Shown here piece by piece: positions 24,370-34,806 of a stretch of DNA of 64,000 bases; the stretch's first letter is position 1; every line of letters begins with the position of its first letter. The stretch is from Lepidodermella squamata. Its lineage: Eukaryota > Animalia > Gastrotricha. Made by a program: the position numbers and the translations under genes. Under the pieces are notes generated by a model that saw only the letters and a list, made by a program, of their open reading frames with translations, searched no databases and was not told where the DNA came from. Location: the NCBI GenBank assembly GCA_047495785.1, contig JBLDXI010000032.1, forward strand, positions 2,542,001-2,606,000, in the 5' to 3' direction.

Positions 24370-25716
24370 ATGAATATTCAATCAACGTCGAGTTCGCCTG
24401 AAAATTCGCCGAAATGCCTTAATATATACGACTGGATTTTTTCGATTTTCCTTGAAGCGAACGGGTCTTTCGACCAAGTTTCGCTGCATTTCGACTACGA
24501 CTTCCCTCAGCGCTTCATCGCAGAACCGCCCTTTCCGCTCCTCGACCCGGCGCCTCTCGCCAACAACAACAACCATGGCAATAACGGCCGGCGTCGAGTT
24601 ATGCTGTACGGTTCGAAACGAACTCTCACCACGGTTTGCTATCAGATGGTTCAAATTCTATTGCAACGGAAGCAACAAGCGTGGCAAGACGTCGAACTTG
24701 AGTTTCTACTCTGGTGTGCCGTCAGTTCATCGGACGCGGAAACTCTGAATCTGTGCCTGAAAGTTACGCGGGAAACTGAGCAATGTTTATCAGCCGGCCT
24801 TTTATCGTCGCTCTTAGGTCGCGCCCTCGAGTTGTTTTTCCTCGATGGCGTCAAACTTCTTCTAAGCTACGGGGCCGATCCGAATAAATCGATTTTAAAG
24901 ATCTCGGAGTTGCATAATAGCCTATTTCTGAACACCTCGTTCGTCGATAAAACCCTAACCGAGATGACGTTGATGTTCATGAAATTCGGTGCAGATCCAT
25001 TAACCCGCGGCTTGTCCGGGCAAATCATGTTGCACGATCTTGGCCGATTGGTTTTACACGCGGCCGATTGCGCGGCTCTGGTGATGAAATCTACCCCGGC
25101 GAGTGGCTACAATATGATGACTGAGCGGCAAAGTAACCAAGTGCCAGCGTTATCGCCCCTCGCCGCCGCGTTTCACAGCGCTAGTTGGTCGCCACAGAAC
25201 CAACGAAGCGCGCGATTGGCGCGCATTTTTTCGTTTGCCGTCATTCCTCTACTACGATGTGGTGCTAGACTTTTACCCGACCCGCTCGATTCTCACGAGG
25301 TGCCGCCGTTTCTCTTCCTACCCGAACTTCACGCTGCTGTTATGGAATGTTACGCATTATGGGGCGCACGTTTTGGGCCCTATGCGTTTGCGCTTATTGC
25401 GCTAGAAGCGCGACAAAAAATGTCGCTGGACGTGGCTCGGCTGGCTAGGCTTGAAGCCGCGTTGTTAGCGACACCGAATTCAGCTGACCCGTCTTTCCAC
25501 GCGCGCGTTCGAGACCTGTGCACTTTCATTCGATCGCAGTACCCGCGCTCGCTGCAAGCCATGTGCCGGCATGCAATTCATCGCCACCTGCCCGTTGGCC
25601 AGGAACGGCTGGGTGCTATCAAGTCGCTTGGCTTACCGCCTTGCTTGGACAATTATCTCACCTTTCGCGAATTTGACATCTTACCTGAGGCTTTGGTTGC
25701 CGAAATCGACCAATAA
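24370..25716 (+). CDS. ASB-like protein A4 (long type, closest to A1)
   Basis: LEFLLWCA, VKLLLSYGADPN, VIPLLRCGA, SOCS box YPRSLQAMCRHAIHRHLP...IKSLGLPPCLDNYLTF. Confidence 0.82.
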   Translation: MNIQSTSSSPENSPKCLNIYDWIFSIFLEANGSFDQVSLHFDYDFPQRFIAEPPFPLLDPAPLANNNNHGNNGRRRVMLYGSKRTLTTVCYQMVQILLQRKQQAWQDVELEFLLWCAVSSSDAETLNLCLKVTRETEQCLSAGLLSSLLGRALELFFLDGVKLLLSYGADPNKSILKISELHNSLFLNTSFVDKTLTEMTLMFMKFGADPLTRGLSGQIMLHDLGRLVLHAADCAALVMKSTPASGYNMMTERQSNQVPALSPLAAAFHSASWSPQNQRSARLARIFSFAVIPLLRCGARLLPDPLDSHEVPPFLFLPELHAAVMECYALWGARFGPYAFALIALEARQKMSLDVARLARLEAALLATPNSADPSFHARVRDLCTFIRSQYPRSLQAMCRHAIHRHLPVGQERLGAIKSLGLPPCLDNYLTFREFDILPEALVAEIDQ

Positions 25717-26580
25717 ATGACCTAATAATTGACTTAACACGTTTCATGTTGTTTGAATTGATGGGTGGGAGTTACAACTGTCAGTTTTTGGAAAAAAAAT
25801 CCCAATAGCTTCTTATTATAATTATCGCAAGGAAATCTATCGCGTGCTCTGCTTGCAATCTTTCTCCCATGTTATACTTCTCTACCTCCATATGGCGTCA
25901 ACCTATGCGTCTGTTCACCTGTAATGCTCATTGAACCTTCGTATATCTATAATAATTTATTCAATCAATTCTATGGTGTTTTGGTAAAACTTTATTAATT
26001 TATAAAATTGTTGATGAAAACGCGAAACACTGCCGCCTAAATGTGACCTGAAATTGATAGAGAAGAATTCTATTTGTTGTTGTGCACACTTTTTTCTTTT
26101 TCACTTTTTAAATCATGCAAAGTGCCGAACGTTCTTTATTCTCGGTTTAATATTTCAAATTGCCGACTTTTCAAAACCGTGAAGTGTCGTTATATCTTGT
26201 TGAAATTGTGAGATGTACGTTGAAATTCATTTGTAATATAATCAAAGGGAGAGATCTTTTCAATAACTTTTATTCGATCAGAAAAAAATCTATTTAAACC
26301 GATCTAACTGCCCTCGGTTTCGGATTTTTATCAATCGCATTTGCCTGCCTGATTTTTTTATATTGAAACAAATTTGTGCATTTTATGTTCATTTTGAACA
26401 CTTTTATTTGTACTCTTTTTAGCTGTATATAATGCATCATCATCGTATTCGTTTATGTTTTATTAGCACTGGTGGTGTATTTAAATGCAGAAATATCCGG
26501 ATTCGAAAAAAAGCGAAAAGAAATTAAAAATGCCTCCTTAATAATTTTACAATATTTTTTTTTTATTTTAGATTTTTATT

Positions 26581-27573
26581 ATGGCGTTATGTTCGGCGTT
26601 TCTGGTACGAACTTTACGGAAAGGTGACGTAGGTGCTTTTGCATCTCGATTTCGTCTCGCATTGTCCATTGGCGATTCATTTTCGGACATGTGTCTCTCT
26701 TTTTTACTCACTTCCGCGATAGAGCGCGGATGCGTCGGCGCCGTTCGCTTGTTGTTGTCGGAATTCGGCGCAGATCCGACTCGCTCTTACACTACTTACA
26801 ATGGTACAACAGTGTATCCGCTGACGGAAACTCTGCGTTCCGCAAAATTTTCGCGTGGGCACTTCGTGATGGGCGGCGACGGAAGATGCCGAACCGTCAC
26901 GTGCGAAATCATTCGTTTACTACTTGAAGCAGGGGCTATGGAAAAGTGGCCTCAAACGGGGGATTTCAAACTCATTTTATGGACCTACCTCTTTGAGAGC
27001 GTAAAACACGCGCCTGATGCAGTTGCTTTAATTATAGCATCTGCACCTCCTAGCTTTTATTTGAGCCAGTCGTCATCTGAAGATCAATTTTCTCCCATCG
27101 ATCATTTACTTCAAAATTACTTGAACCCCGTCAAGTCGAGAGAAAATTTCCTCGACTTTGCCACGCTAGTTGACTTTATCATCGTGCCTTTTCTTCGTCA
27201 AGGCGCCGGGCTGCGCGTTCTCGATCGTTATTACATGTTAAAAGTCTTGAAATTCGACGTATCTTACGCAGCCGTGATGGCTAGCAGAGCGCGCCCTAAC
27301 CTTGCCAGTAGCATCGTTGTCGAAGCTAGCTGGACTACCTCGTTCAAGTCCAAATTACTGAAGACTTCGTTAGTTTCGAACCGCCTTTTTGCCGAGTTTT
27401 TACGCTGTCACTTCCCGCGTTCGTTGCAGTCGGCGTGTCGAACCGCCATCCTGCGCCGCCTTCCGCCGGGTCGAGACCGATTGCAAGCAATCGCTAGCCT
27501 CGAACTGCCGGCTTGTCTTTCCAGCTACCTTAATTTTTCCGATTTGTGCATTTACTTCGACTGTCAAACCTGA
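26581..27573 (+). CDS. ASB-like protein A5
   Basis: AIERGCVGAVRLLLSEFGADP, IIRLLLEAGA, IVPFLRQGA, SOCS box FPRSLQSACRTAILRRLP...IASLELPACLSSYLNF. Confidence 0.82.
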   Translation: MALCSAFLVRTLRKGDVGAFASRFRLALSIGDSFSDMCLSFLLTSAIERGCVGAVRLLLSEFGADPTRSYTTYNGTTVYPLTETLRSAKFSRGHFVMGGDGRCRTVTCEIIRLLLEAGAMEKWPQTGDFKLILWTYLFESVKHAPDAVALIIASAPPSFYLSQSSSEDQFSPIDHLLQNYLNPVKSRENFLDFATLVDFIIVPFLRQGAGLRVLDRYYMLKVLKFDVSYAAVMASRARPNLASSIVVEASWTTSFKSKLLKTSLVSNRLFAEFLRCHFPRSLQSACRTAILRRLPPGRDRLQAIASLELPACLSSYLNFSDLCIYFDCQT

Positions 27574-28050
27574 GAAATAACACAACAGTTTTTTAAACAG
27601 TTTCACACTCGATACTGTCAAATTTATTTTCAGATCATGGAGTTGAAGGTTTCTCTGGGGATGCACAATTACCTTTGTTTTCAATAAAATCGTTATGTTT
27701 GCTTGTTAAAAACTTGACAATTGGATTTCCGAAATTAACCGTTTTATCTACATTTTCTTTACACTGAACGCGGAATATCATTGAATTATTGATTTCGTTA
27801 ATAATTTCTTAGTTACTGGTTGGTCTGATTTGGGTTGAATTCACTAGAGATCTCAGATCTCAGAGAGGGATTAGTTATGTACCAATCGATAAATTACGAT
27901 TCGTCTCGAGTTACGCCGGTTGGGTCATTGAAGTAGTTGCGACGGAGGCCGACGAACAGAGCTTGCATGCTGCGAGTTTTTACTATTTTTCCACATTTTT
28001 ACGAATTTTAGGGTCCGAAATTTTACCAGTTCTGCTTCGCTGGCCGGATA

Positions 28051-29112
28051 ATGTCGGAATCGCTGGAAAAAGAGTTAATGACCGCACTCGGCAGCGACAA
28101 TCCAGTCAGATTCGATCACTGCCTCCGAGCTGTTCTCAGCGTGAGAAATGGTGACATGACCCGCTTTCTCTCGGAGCTGCTGATTCAAGCGATTCGACGC
28201 GGCAATGTTCGTATTGTACGTCATTTATTGGAGGTGTTTCGCGTCCCGGCAGTCAGGATTATCAACTACCCTGTGAAAGATGCCCTCGCTCCCTATAACC
28301 CATTAACTGAAGCTTTGACTCACAGCCGCATCGCTACTTACGGTATTGACGATTCTTCTGGTAAACGAGTGACCGCTGTTGGTGAAATTTTGCGTCTTCT
28401 CTTTCTTTATGGAGCGAAGTTCGAAAATTGTTGTGATCATTACCATTCCTGTCCACTTTATGATTACGTCTTCAAGTTGGCTAACGATGCCCCAGATGCG
28501 GCTATTGTTCTTCTAAGCTCATCGCCGATTTGGATCCACAAATCGCGGTTCGGTCAATCATTTTCTCCTTTGGACCATTTCCTGTTCACTACTCTGCATA
28601 ATCTCACGAAGGTCCGTCAATGGGAGGCAGAATTTTCAAATAATCTCGCGAAATGTCGTAATATTCTCAAATATGCTGTACTGCCACTTATTCGCTTGGG
28701 GGCTGGAATTCGCAGTTCTTTCTCCAAAACATTGGACAACTTGCTGGCTTTTGATTCACGTTTTAGTTCAGCAGTCTGGAACAGGTATGAATTGATTCGA
28801 CAGAACTGCTAAAAATCTAGCTTCATCATCTCTGATTTTCTCAGGCCGGATATGCTGTTTCGGATGTTCTGCGAAGTTTTACGGATGTCTCCCTTTGATG
28901 GCAATAAAGAGAATTACGTTTTTTCGTCTCTGGTTTACAATCGCTTTCGACATTTGCGATTTGACTACCCTCGACCGCTGCAACATCGATGTCGAACAGC
29001 TATATTGCGACGCCTTCCGGCAGGGCCTAATCGAATTTCTGCCATCAAGTCGCTGAAACTACCCGCTTGCCTTACTGAATTTCTCAATTTTTCTGACTAT
29101 GAAATCGAGTGA
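28051..29112 (+). CDS. ASB-like protein A6 (one 60-nt intron 28785-28844)
   Basis: Two ORFs joined by a GT-AG intron restore the family motif WNR|PDM. VLPLIRLGA; SOCS box YPRPLQHRCRTAILRRLP...IKSLKLPACLTEFLNF. Confidence 0.8.
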
Positions 29113-29286
29113 AGAAACACTGCTGTGCTCAATTTTGCTACTTACAACATTTTATCATCAAGTTCTGTTTTGGCTCAGATTTGATAATTTTTATACGCTG
29201 TTTACAATATATTTCAATTTTACATTCCACATCATTAAATTTTACTTGATTTTAATTTACACTTTTATATTTAGGCGCATTAATTT

Positions 29287-30597
29287 ATGACGTCTTGTCA
29301 ACATGGCTCGAAAACGCAAGAAAATTCGACTGAAATTCAGCGCCGTGTTTTTGTGAATTTTGACGCAGCAACAGCTCGGCGCCTTGGCCTTGACATCGAT
29401 TTACTGCTAGCCGTAATAAGCGACTCGATACGATCAGCAGGCTTGCAAGACAGCGCCATCCAAGTTGAATTGAAGCGCCTTTTTTCGTCTACGCACCTTT
29501 TCCTCGGTTTTCCGAATTTTGTACTTGCTGACCCTTTTTACCACAATGGTTACACACTAGCTTTGAGGGCTGATTCGAATAATGATGTTTTGATCAAGGT
29601 ATTTCGAGAAATTGCGGCTCAATTGAGCTGCGAATGCTCATGCTACGAACCTATCGCCTCCTTAAAAATATTACTATGGTCGTCGGTGTGTCTTGCGGAC
29701 TACAAGAATATACTGCATTGCCTTGAGTTGGCTCTAGATCTAGAGCAGTTTGATGCTATAGCAACTACCTCCCTTCTGGTGTACGCGATTCAAGTGGCTG
29801 ATTTGAAAATGCTCAGGCTCCTGCTGGAATTTAACGTGTCTCCTAATTGTCAAAGCAAGTATTTCCCCCAACCTTTAATGCAGGCCGCCAGATTGGGCTC
29901 AATGTCGACGTTGGTTCGCAACCATAATCATTCAGACAAAATTTTTGCGAAAATTACGCGTCTACTCCTTAAATTCGGCGCGAATCCTTCGTTAAAATCA
30001 GTTCATGGCTCGCTACCAGTTCACTGCTTGTTTTCGCTGGCTATCAAAGGGCCTAGTGTTGGCGCTATTCTAATTGCTAAAAGTGACCCTGCAGCTTTTG
30101 ACGAGTTGAGTAATGAATTTTCAGATCGAAATAGCCACATCAACGCGTTGGCGAAATGTTTTTACGCAATATCAGTTTCGAGAAATCACGATAACGTGAT
30201 GAAAATTCTACGAAATGCAGTCATACCGCAAATACAGCTGGGTGCAAAGATGATCCCGGATGGTCTGAATGACTGGTTTTTGATTCGCGGGCTCGCTAAA
30301 CTAAACGAGCCTGTTGTTTTGACTGCTTTTATCGCAGCTAGGCAATCGTCTAGCATGAAAAGCAGTATACTTATCGGCTATTCGAAATTTGAAAATCAAG
30401 GCTCGGAAGTCGATAGATTTATTAAGCGGTTGCGTGCTGAATTTCCTCGAAACTTACAAGCTATTTGCCGTGTGGCAATTTTGAAGCACCTCCAGCGTGG
30501 CGTTACTGCTAGACCTATGGCCATTGATTCGCTCGGTTTGCCTGATTGTTTGATGAGATATCTTAAATTTGGTGACATTACCTCGGTGATTGATTGA
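29287..30597 (+). CDS. ASB-like protein A7 (long type)
   Basis: LKILLWSS, LRLLLEFNVSPN, RLLLKFGANP, VIPQIQLGA, SOCS box FPRNLQAICRVAILKHL...IDSLGLPDCLMRYLKF. Confidence 0.82.
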   Translation: MTSCQHGSKTQENSTEIQRRVFVNFDAATARRLGLDIDLLLAVISDSIRSAGLQDSAIQVELKRLFSSTHLFLGFPNFVLADPFYHNGYTLALRADSNNDVLIKVFREIAAQLSCECSCYEPIASLKILLWSSVCLADYKNILHCLELALDLEQFDAIATTSLLVYAIQVADLKMLRLLLEFNVSPNCQSKYFPQPLMQAARLGSMSTLVRNHNHSDKIFAKITRLLLKFGANPSLKSVHGSLPVHCLFSLAIKGPSVGAILIAKSDPAAFDELSNEFSDRNSHINALAKCFYAISVSRNHDNVMKILRNAVIPQIQLGAKMIPDGLNDWFLIRGLAKLNEPVVLTAFIAARQSSSMKSSILIGYSKFENQGSEVDRFIKRLRAEFPRNLQAICRVAILKHLQRGVTARPMAIDSLGLPDCLMRYLKFGDITSVID

Positions 30598-30733
30598 TTG
30601 GTTTTCTTTATATAATCCCGGTGAAAAGATCTATTTTATCTTTATTTTACTGAAGTTTTTGTGCCTCTTTTTGACTAAAAATATACCTATTGGTTATTTT
30701 CTAATTTTGATTTTTTAGTGTTTTAATAATTAT

Positions 30734-31861
30734 ATGGGAAGCTCGATAAGCTCTCGTCGCGATGATGCTCATTTTCTTGGCATGTGGTCTGCCATTCGAA
30801 ATTACGACGACGACGCTTTACTCGAACTATTGAAGCAACGCCGATCTGAAAAACTCAAATTCGCCATCCGCTCTTGTCTATTACACAGTTCAATAATTCG
30901 CGGCAATCTCGGCGCTATTCGTTTGCTACTTGAGTCAGGATTCGACCTTCAAAAAGCGGCGAGAAATGGATTTTTCCCCATGGCAACCGCCGCTGAGTAT
31001 TCCGTTTTCGGCCCTAGTAGGATGACAAGTGAAATATCAGTTCCAGTTTCTTCAGTTTCGTTAACAACGACCCCAGTTCGATCGACGTGCTACGAGACAA
31101 TGCGGATGTTACTGGACAATGGTGCCAAGATTACCTATACCGTAGAGCCAAATAAATCGAACCCGTTGCGGTTCATTCACAGAATCGCTGTTCAAGCGCC
31201 TGATGCTGCTGAGTTGCTGTTTCAAAATATGACGCCGGAAGAGATGAACGCGAACTGTTGCGACCCGGGTATATCACCCCTCAGCGCGTGTTTTCTCTAC
31301 GTTTGCTTCTACTACAAACACGGCGAAATCGCTGATACACCAAATTTGGCCGCAGTTTTTGGCTCGGCTATTCTACCCCTGCTTCGCTACGGGGCTTTGT
31401 GTAACCCTGATGTTTTTCAAAAAGCGTGGCTTTCTTCTCACATGTTTGCAGCGGCCGCTGAACTGGACGCGGATTGCAGTGTGGCGCTGTGGGGCCGACC
31501 TAATGTGATCACGCAGCTTCTTATTGCCACGCTGAGACGCGGCGATTTTGATTCGTATCGCTTCAGCAATTTGAGTGGTAGTCTGTCAAAACGGGTTGAC
31601 TCGAGCGGGCCAATGCGGAATTTTGTTAGATACGTCAAATCGCAATTTCCTCTCACCCTTCAATCGCTGTGTCGGATTTCGATTTTGCGGAAAATGCCTC
31701 TAGGTTACAAGCGGGTGGAAGCTGTTCGAAGTCTAGGTCTGCCGAAACCTCTGCTGGAATTTTTGTTATTCAAAGAATTCGACCTACCTTTTATACCACC
31801 GACTCCGGCTAATTACCGGCGAAATTCATACGCGTCGCGTACTAATTCAAATTTCGAATAA
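30734..31861 (+). CDS. ASB-like protein A8
   Basis: IIRGNLGAIRLLLESG, MRMLLDNGA, ILPLLRYGA, WGRPNV, SOCS box FPLTLQSLCRISILRKMP...VRSLGLPKPLLEFLLF. N-terminus MGSSIS is myristoylation-like. Confidence 0.82.
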   Translation: MGSSISSRRDDAHFLGMWSAIRNYDDDALLELLKQRRSEKLKFAIRSCLLHSSIIRGNLGAIRLLLESGFDLQKAARNGFFPMATAAEYSVFGPSRMTSEISVPVSSVSLTTTPVRSTCYETMRMLLDNGAKITYTVEPNKSNPLRFIHRIAVQAPDAAELLFQNMTPEEMNANCCDPGISPLSACFLYVCFYYKHGEIADTPNLAAVFGSAILPLLRYGALCNPDVFQKAWLSSHMFAAAAELDADCSVALWGRPNVITQLLIATLRRGDFDSYRFSNLSGSLSKRVDSSGPMRNFVRYVKSQFPLTLQSLCRISILRKMPLGYKRVEAVRSLGLPKPLLEFLLFKEFDLPFIPPTPANYRRNSYASRTNSNFE

Positions 31862-32089
31862 TTTTGCATTAGTTCTTGTTTAGTTCTCGGGCAAGATAGC
31901 TCATTTACAAGCCTTTCCTGATACAATCTGAATTAAATACCACCCGGTTTTATTTTTGTTCAACTTGAAGCAGTCATTTCTCAATGTTACATTGTAATAA
32001 ATATTTGTGATCTCGCGATGAGAAATAGAATTTGAAAAATAAAGAAAATAGTAAACTGTTTGATTTTTTGTTATAGAACTACAATTTAA

Positions 32090-34349
32090 ATGGACACAGC
32101 AGAACTTGTGGTACGGTATTTACGCCCGGAAGGAGGAGATGGTCGTTTACCAGAGTTCCCCATTGTAGTTTCAACGCAGAGTGATGAGTGTCATAAGGTA
32201 AAATTCAGAAGCTTGCACAAAAGGCTAAATTGTCTTATTGCTATCGCACAAAAAAACGTAGTGTCCATTGCAAATTGCTGCTGCAATTCAACCGGATTCA
32301 AATGCGACAATCACAGTTCAGACTAATTTCCCCACAACTATGCAAGTAACATTGGATGGGAAAGAAGTTTGCGAGTATGTAACCACGTAAATTTTCGATC
32401 AAAAAGTGTATGACAGCTGAAATTTTCAGATTGCGATACCATTTCGAAGAAGCTGCTCAGTATAAATTTGTGGTATCAACAAGTGATGGCAACACGACAA
32501 CATGTTCAGAAATGCAAGAAATGGCGTACGACCACGACGCTTACCTGCGTATGTTAAATCTCGATTTCGAGTATCTCATCTCAGTAATCAATACACGTGA
32601 AAATTACTTCGATTCAGCTATTCTGTTCGCTTTCCTCATTTTCATGGGTGCTGGTGTACTGTGGATTATTGGGAAGTGGATTTTTCGAAAATACCATGAC
32701 TCGCTGAAGCACTTTTTCTCATATGATCGACTTGTCCATTCCGTATGCCAGTTTTTCCTCTTAATCTAACGCATTTAAATACGCAAATTCAAGGATTTGG
32801 GTAATCCGGCTACTATTACTAATGCATCGGTTGAATCGGCCGATGCAACGCCGAAGACTGATGCATCGTCGAAAAAGCCTGCGAAAGAAAGGCTTCGGTC
32901 ATTGGACACCTTCCGCGGCCTTTCGTTGGTTGTCATGATTTTCGTGAATTACGGCGGCGGTGGTTACTGGTTTTTCAATCATTCAGCCTGGGATGGTTTG
33001 ACTGTCGCTGATTTAGTTTTTCCATGGTTCGTATGGATCATGGGTGTTGCGGTTGCATTCGCTTATCGCGGACCTCTTCAACGAGGCGAGTCGCGTCTGG
33101 CCATGTTCGCCAAAACTCTTCGAAGAACAATCATCCTATTCGTTTTCGGACTCATAATTAACACGGAAGATTGCGTTTCTGTCGATGTGACCCAACTGCG
33201 AATTATGGGTGTTTTACAACGACTTGCACTGTCCTATTTATTTGTCGCAACATTGGAGATTTTGTTCGGAAAATATGCAATGAAACTGGTAAACAAAGGA
33301 ATTTTTGGTTGCCGAAATAATTTTCATGCACTTTCATTTCAGCCGGAAAATTCGGATACTAGCGCGGGAAAATTGAAAAACTTTCTTTGGGATCTACTCG
33401 GATCAGCTCCGCAGTGGATAGCAATCATTGCGGTTGTCACAGTTCACACGTGCATCACATTTCTCCTTCCAGTACCAGGATGTCCAACGTTAGTATTTCT
33501 ATCAATTTCAAACCGTCTATTTTGTGTTGCATTTTACAGTGGCTATGTTGGACCTGGTGGTCTGGCAGATGATGGGAAAAATTACAATTGCACAGGCGGG
33601 GCCGCTCAACTTGTTGATAAGGCTATTTTGGGCGAAAATCATATGTACCAATATCCGACATGTCGCGAAACTTACAAGACTATTGTGCCTTTTGATCCGG
33701 AGGGTCTTCTTGGCCTGCTCACATCAATCACAATGTGCTACCTTGGCCTACATGTAATTTCAACAGTTTTTAGTAGAATTTTCGAATTATTTTTGCCATT
33801 CAGGCTGGTCGAATTTTAACGCTTTATCCAACTGTCACTGGTAGATTAGGTCGCTGGCTTGGCTGGGCACTCGTTTGGGTATTTTAAATATGATGTTTTC
33901 CGCTTTGAATCCATAAATAATTATAATTATCAGGGGCTTGTTGCTGGCATTCTGTGTGGATTTTCGCAGTTCGATGGCGTTATACCGGTCAATAAAAATC
34001 TTTGGTCACTTTCATTCATTCTGTGCCTATCTTCAATGGCCCTGATTTTGCTGAGCCTTCTCTACGTCGTTTGCGACGTCACCAAATTTTGGTCAGGGGC
34101 TCCGTTTGTGTACCCTGGGATGAACTCGATTGTGATTTACATGAGTCATGAGTTGCTTCACACCAATTTTCCGGTTTCTTGGGCAGTACCGAATACTCAC
34201 GGCCATCAACTGGCTATGTAAGTTTCTGGAATCAAATATGAATGCCTCCCATTTTTCGCTCTTTTACTTGCAGGAATTTGTGGGGCGTGTCATTGTGGAC
34301 AATAGTAGCTGCTCTGATGTACTACTACGACGTATTTATTGCGATTTGA
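32090..34349 (+). CDS. HGSNAT: Heparan-alpha-glucosaminide N-acetyltransferase (multi-exon)
   Basis: RLRSLDTFRGLSLVVMIFVNYGGGGYWFFNHSAWDGLTVADLVFPWFVWIMG, RIMGVLQRLA, VPGCPT|GYVGPGG, FDPEGLLG, IPVNKNLWSLSF, YPGMNSIVIY. Confidence 0.95.
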
Positions 34350-34806
34350 GCCTGTTTTAGCTTTTTTGAACAATCTATCAGTATTGTTGACAATATGGTC
34401 AATCACTTCTTTCATTTTAACCGTGATTTTAACATTTTGATTCTATCTTGATTTTGCACTGGCTGAAAGTCCAATAAAGACGCAGGGAAGTTTACTCAAT
34501 GCTATAGCAAAAAAATCGAAGATTATGCACCGCTGCGAAAAAATGACGGGACCATTGTTGTGCCAATCTTAGGTGCCAATTAGGTGCAGCTATCAATTTT
34601 TTGTCGCCCAGTATCAACTTTTAACGCATTATTTTTTAGCGAACAGTTGAGCGCGGCTGATTGATCCGGTGCCTTCGAAGCAACATTTCTCCCTAGTAAA
34701 TTAACAGATGTTGGCGAATCAGTACAATTTTTCCGCTCCAATTTCGAAAAAGTATCGTTCAGCTGAATCACTCATCTGACATTTTTTTCTGTGATTGAAT
34801 CCCTTC

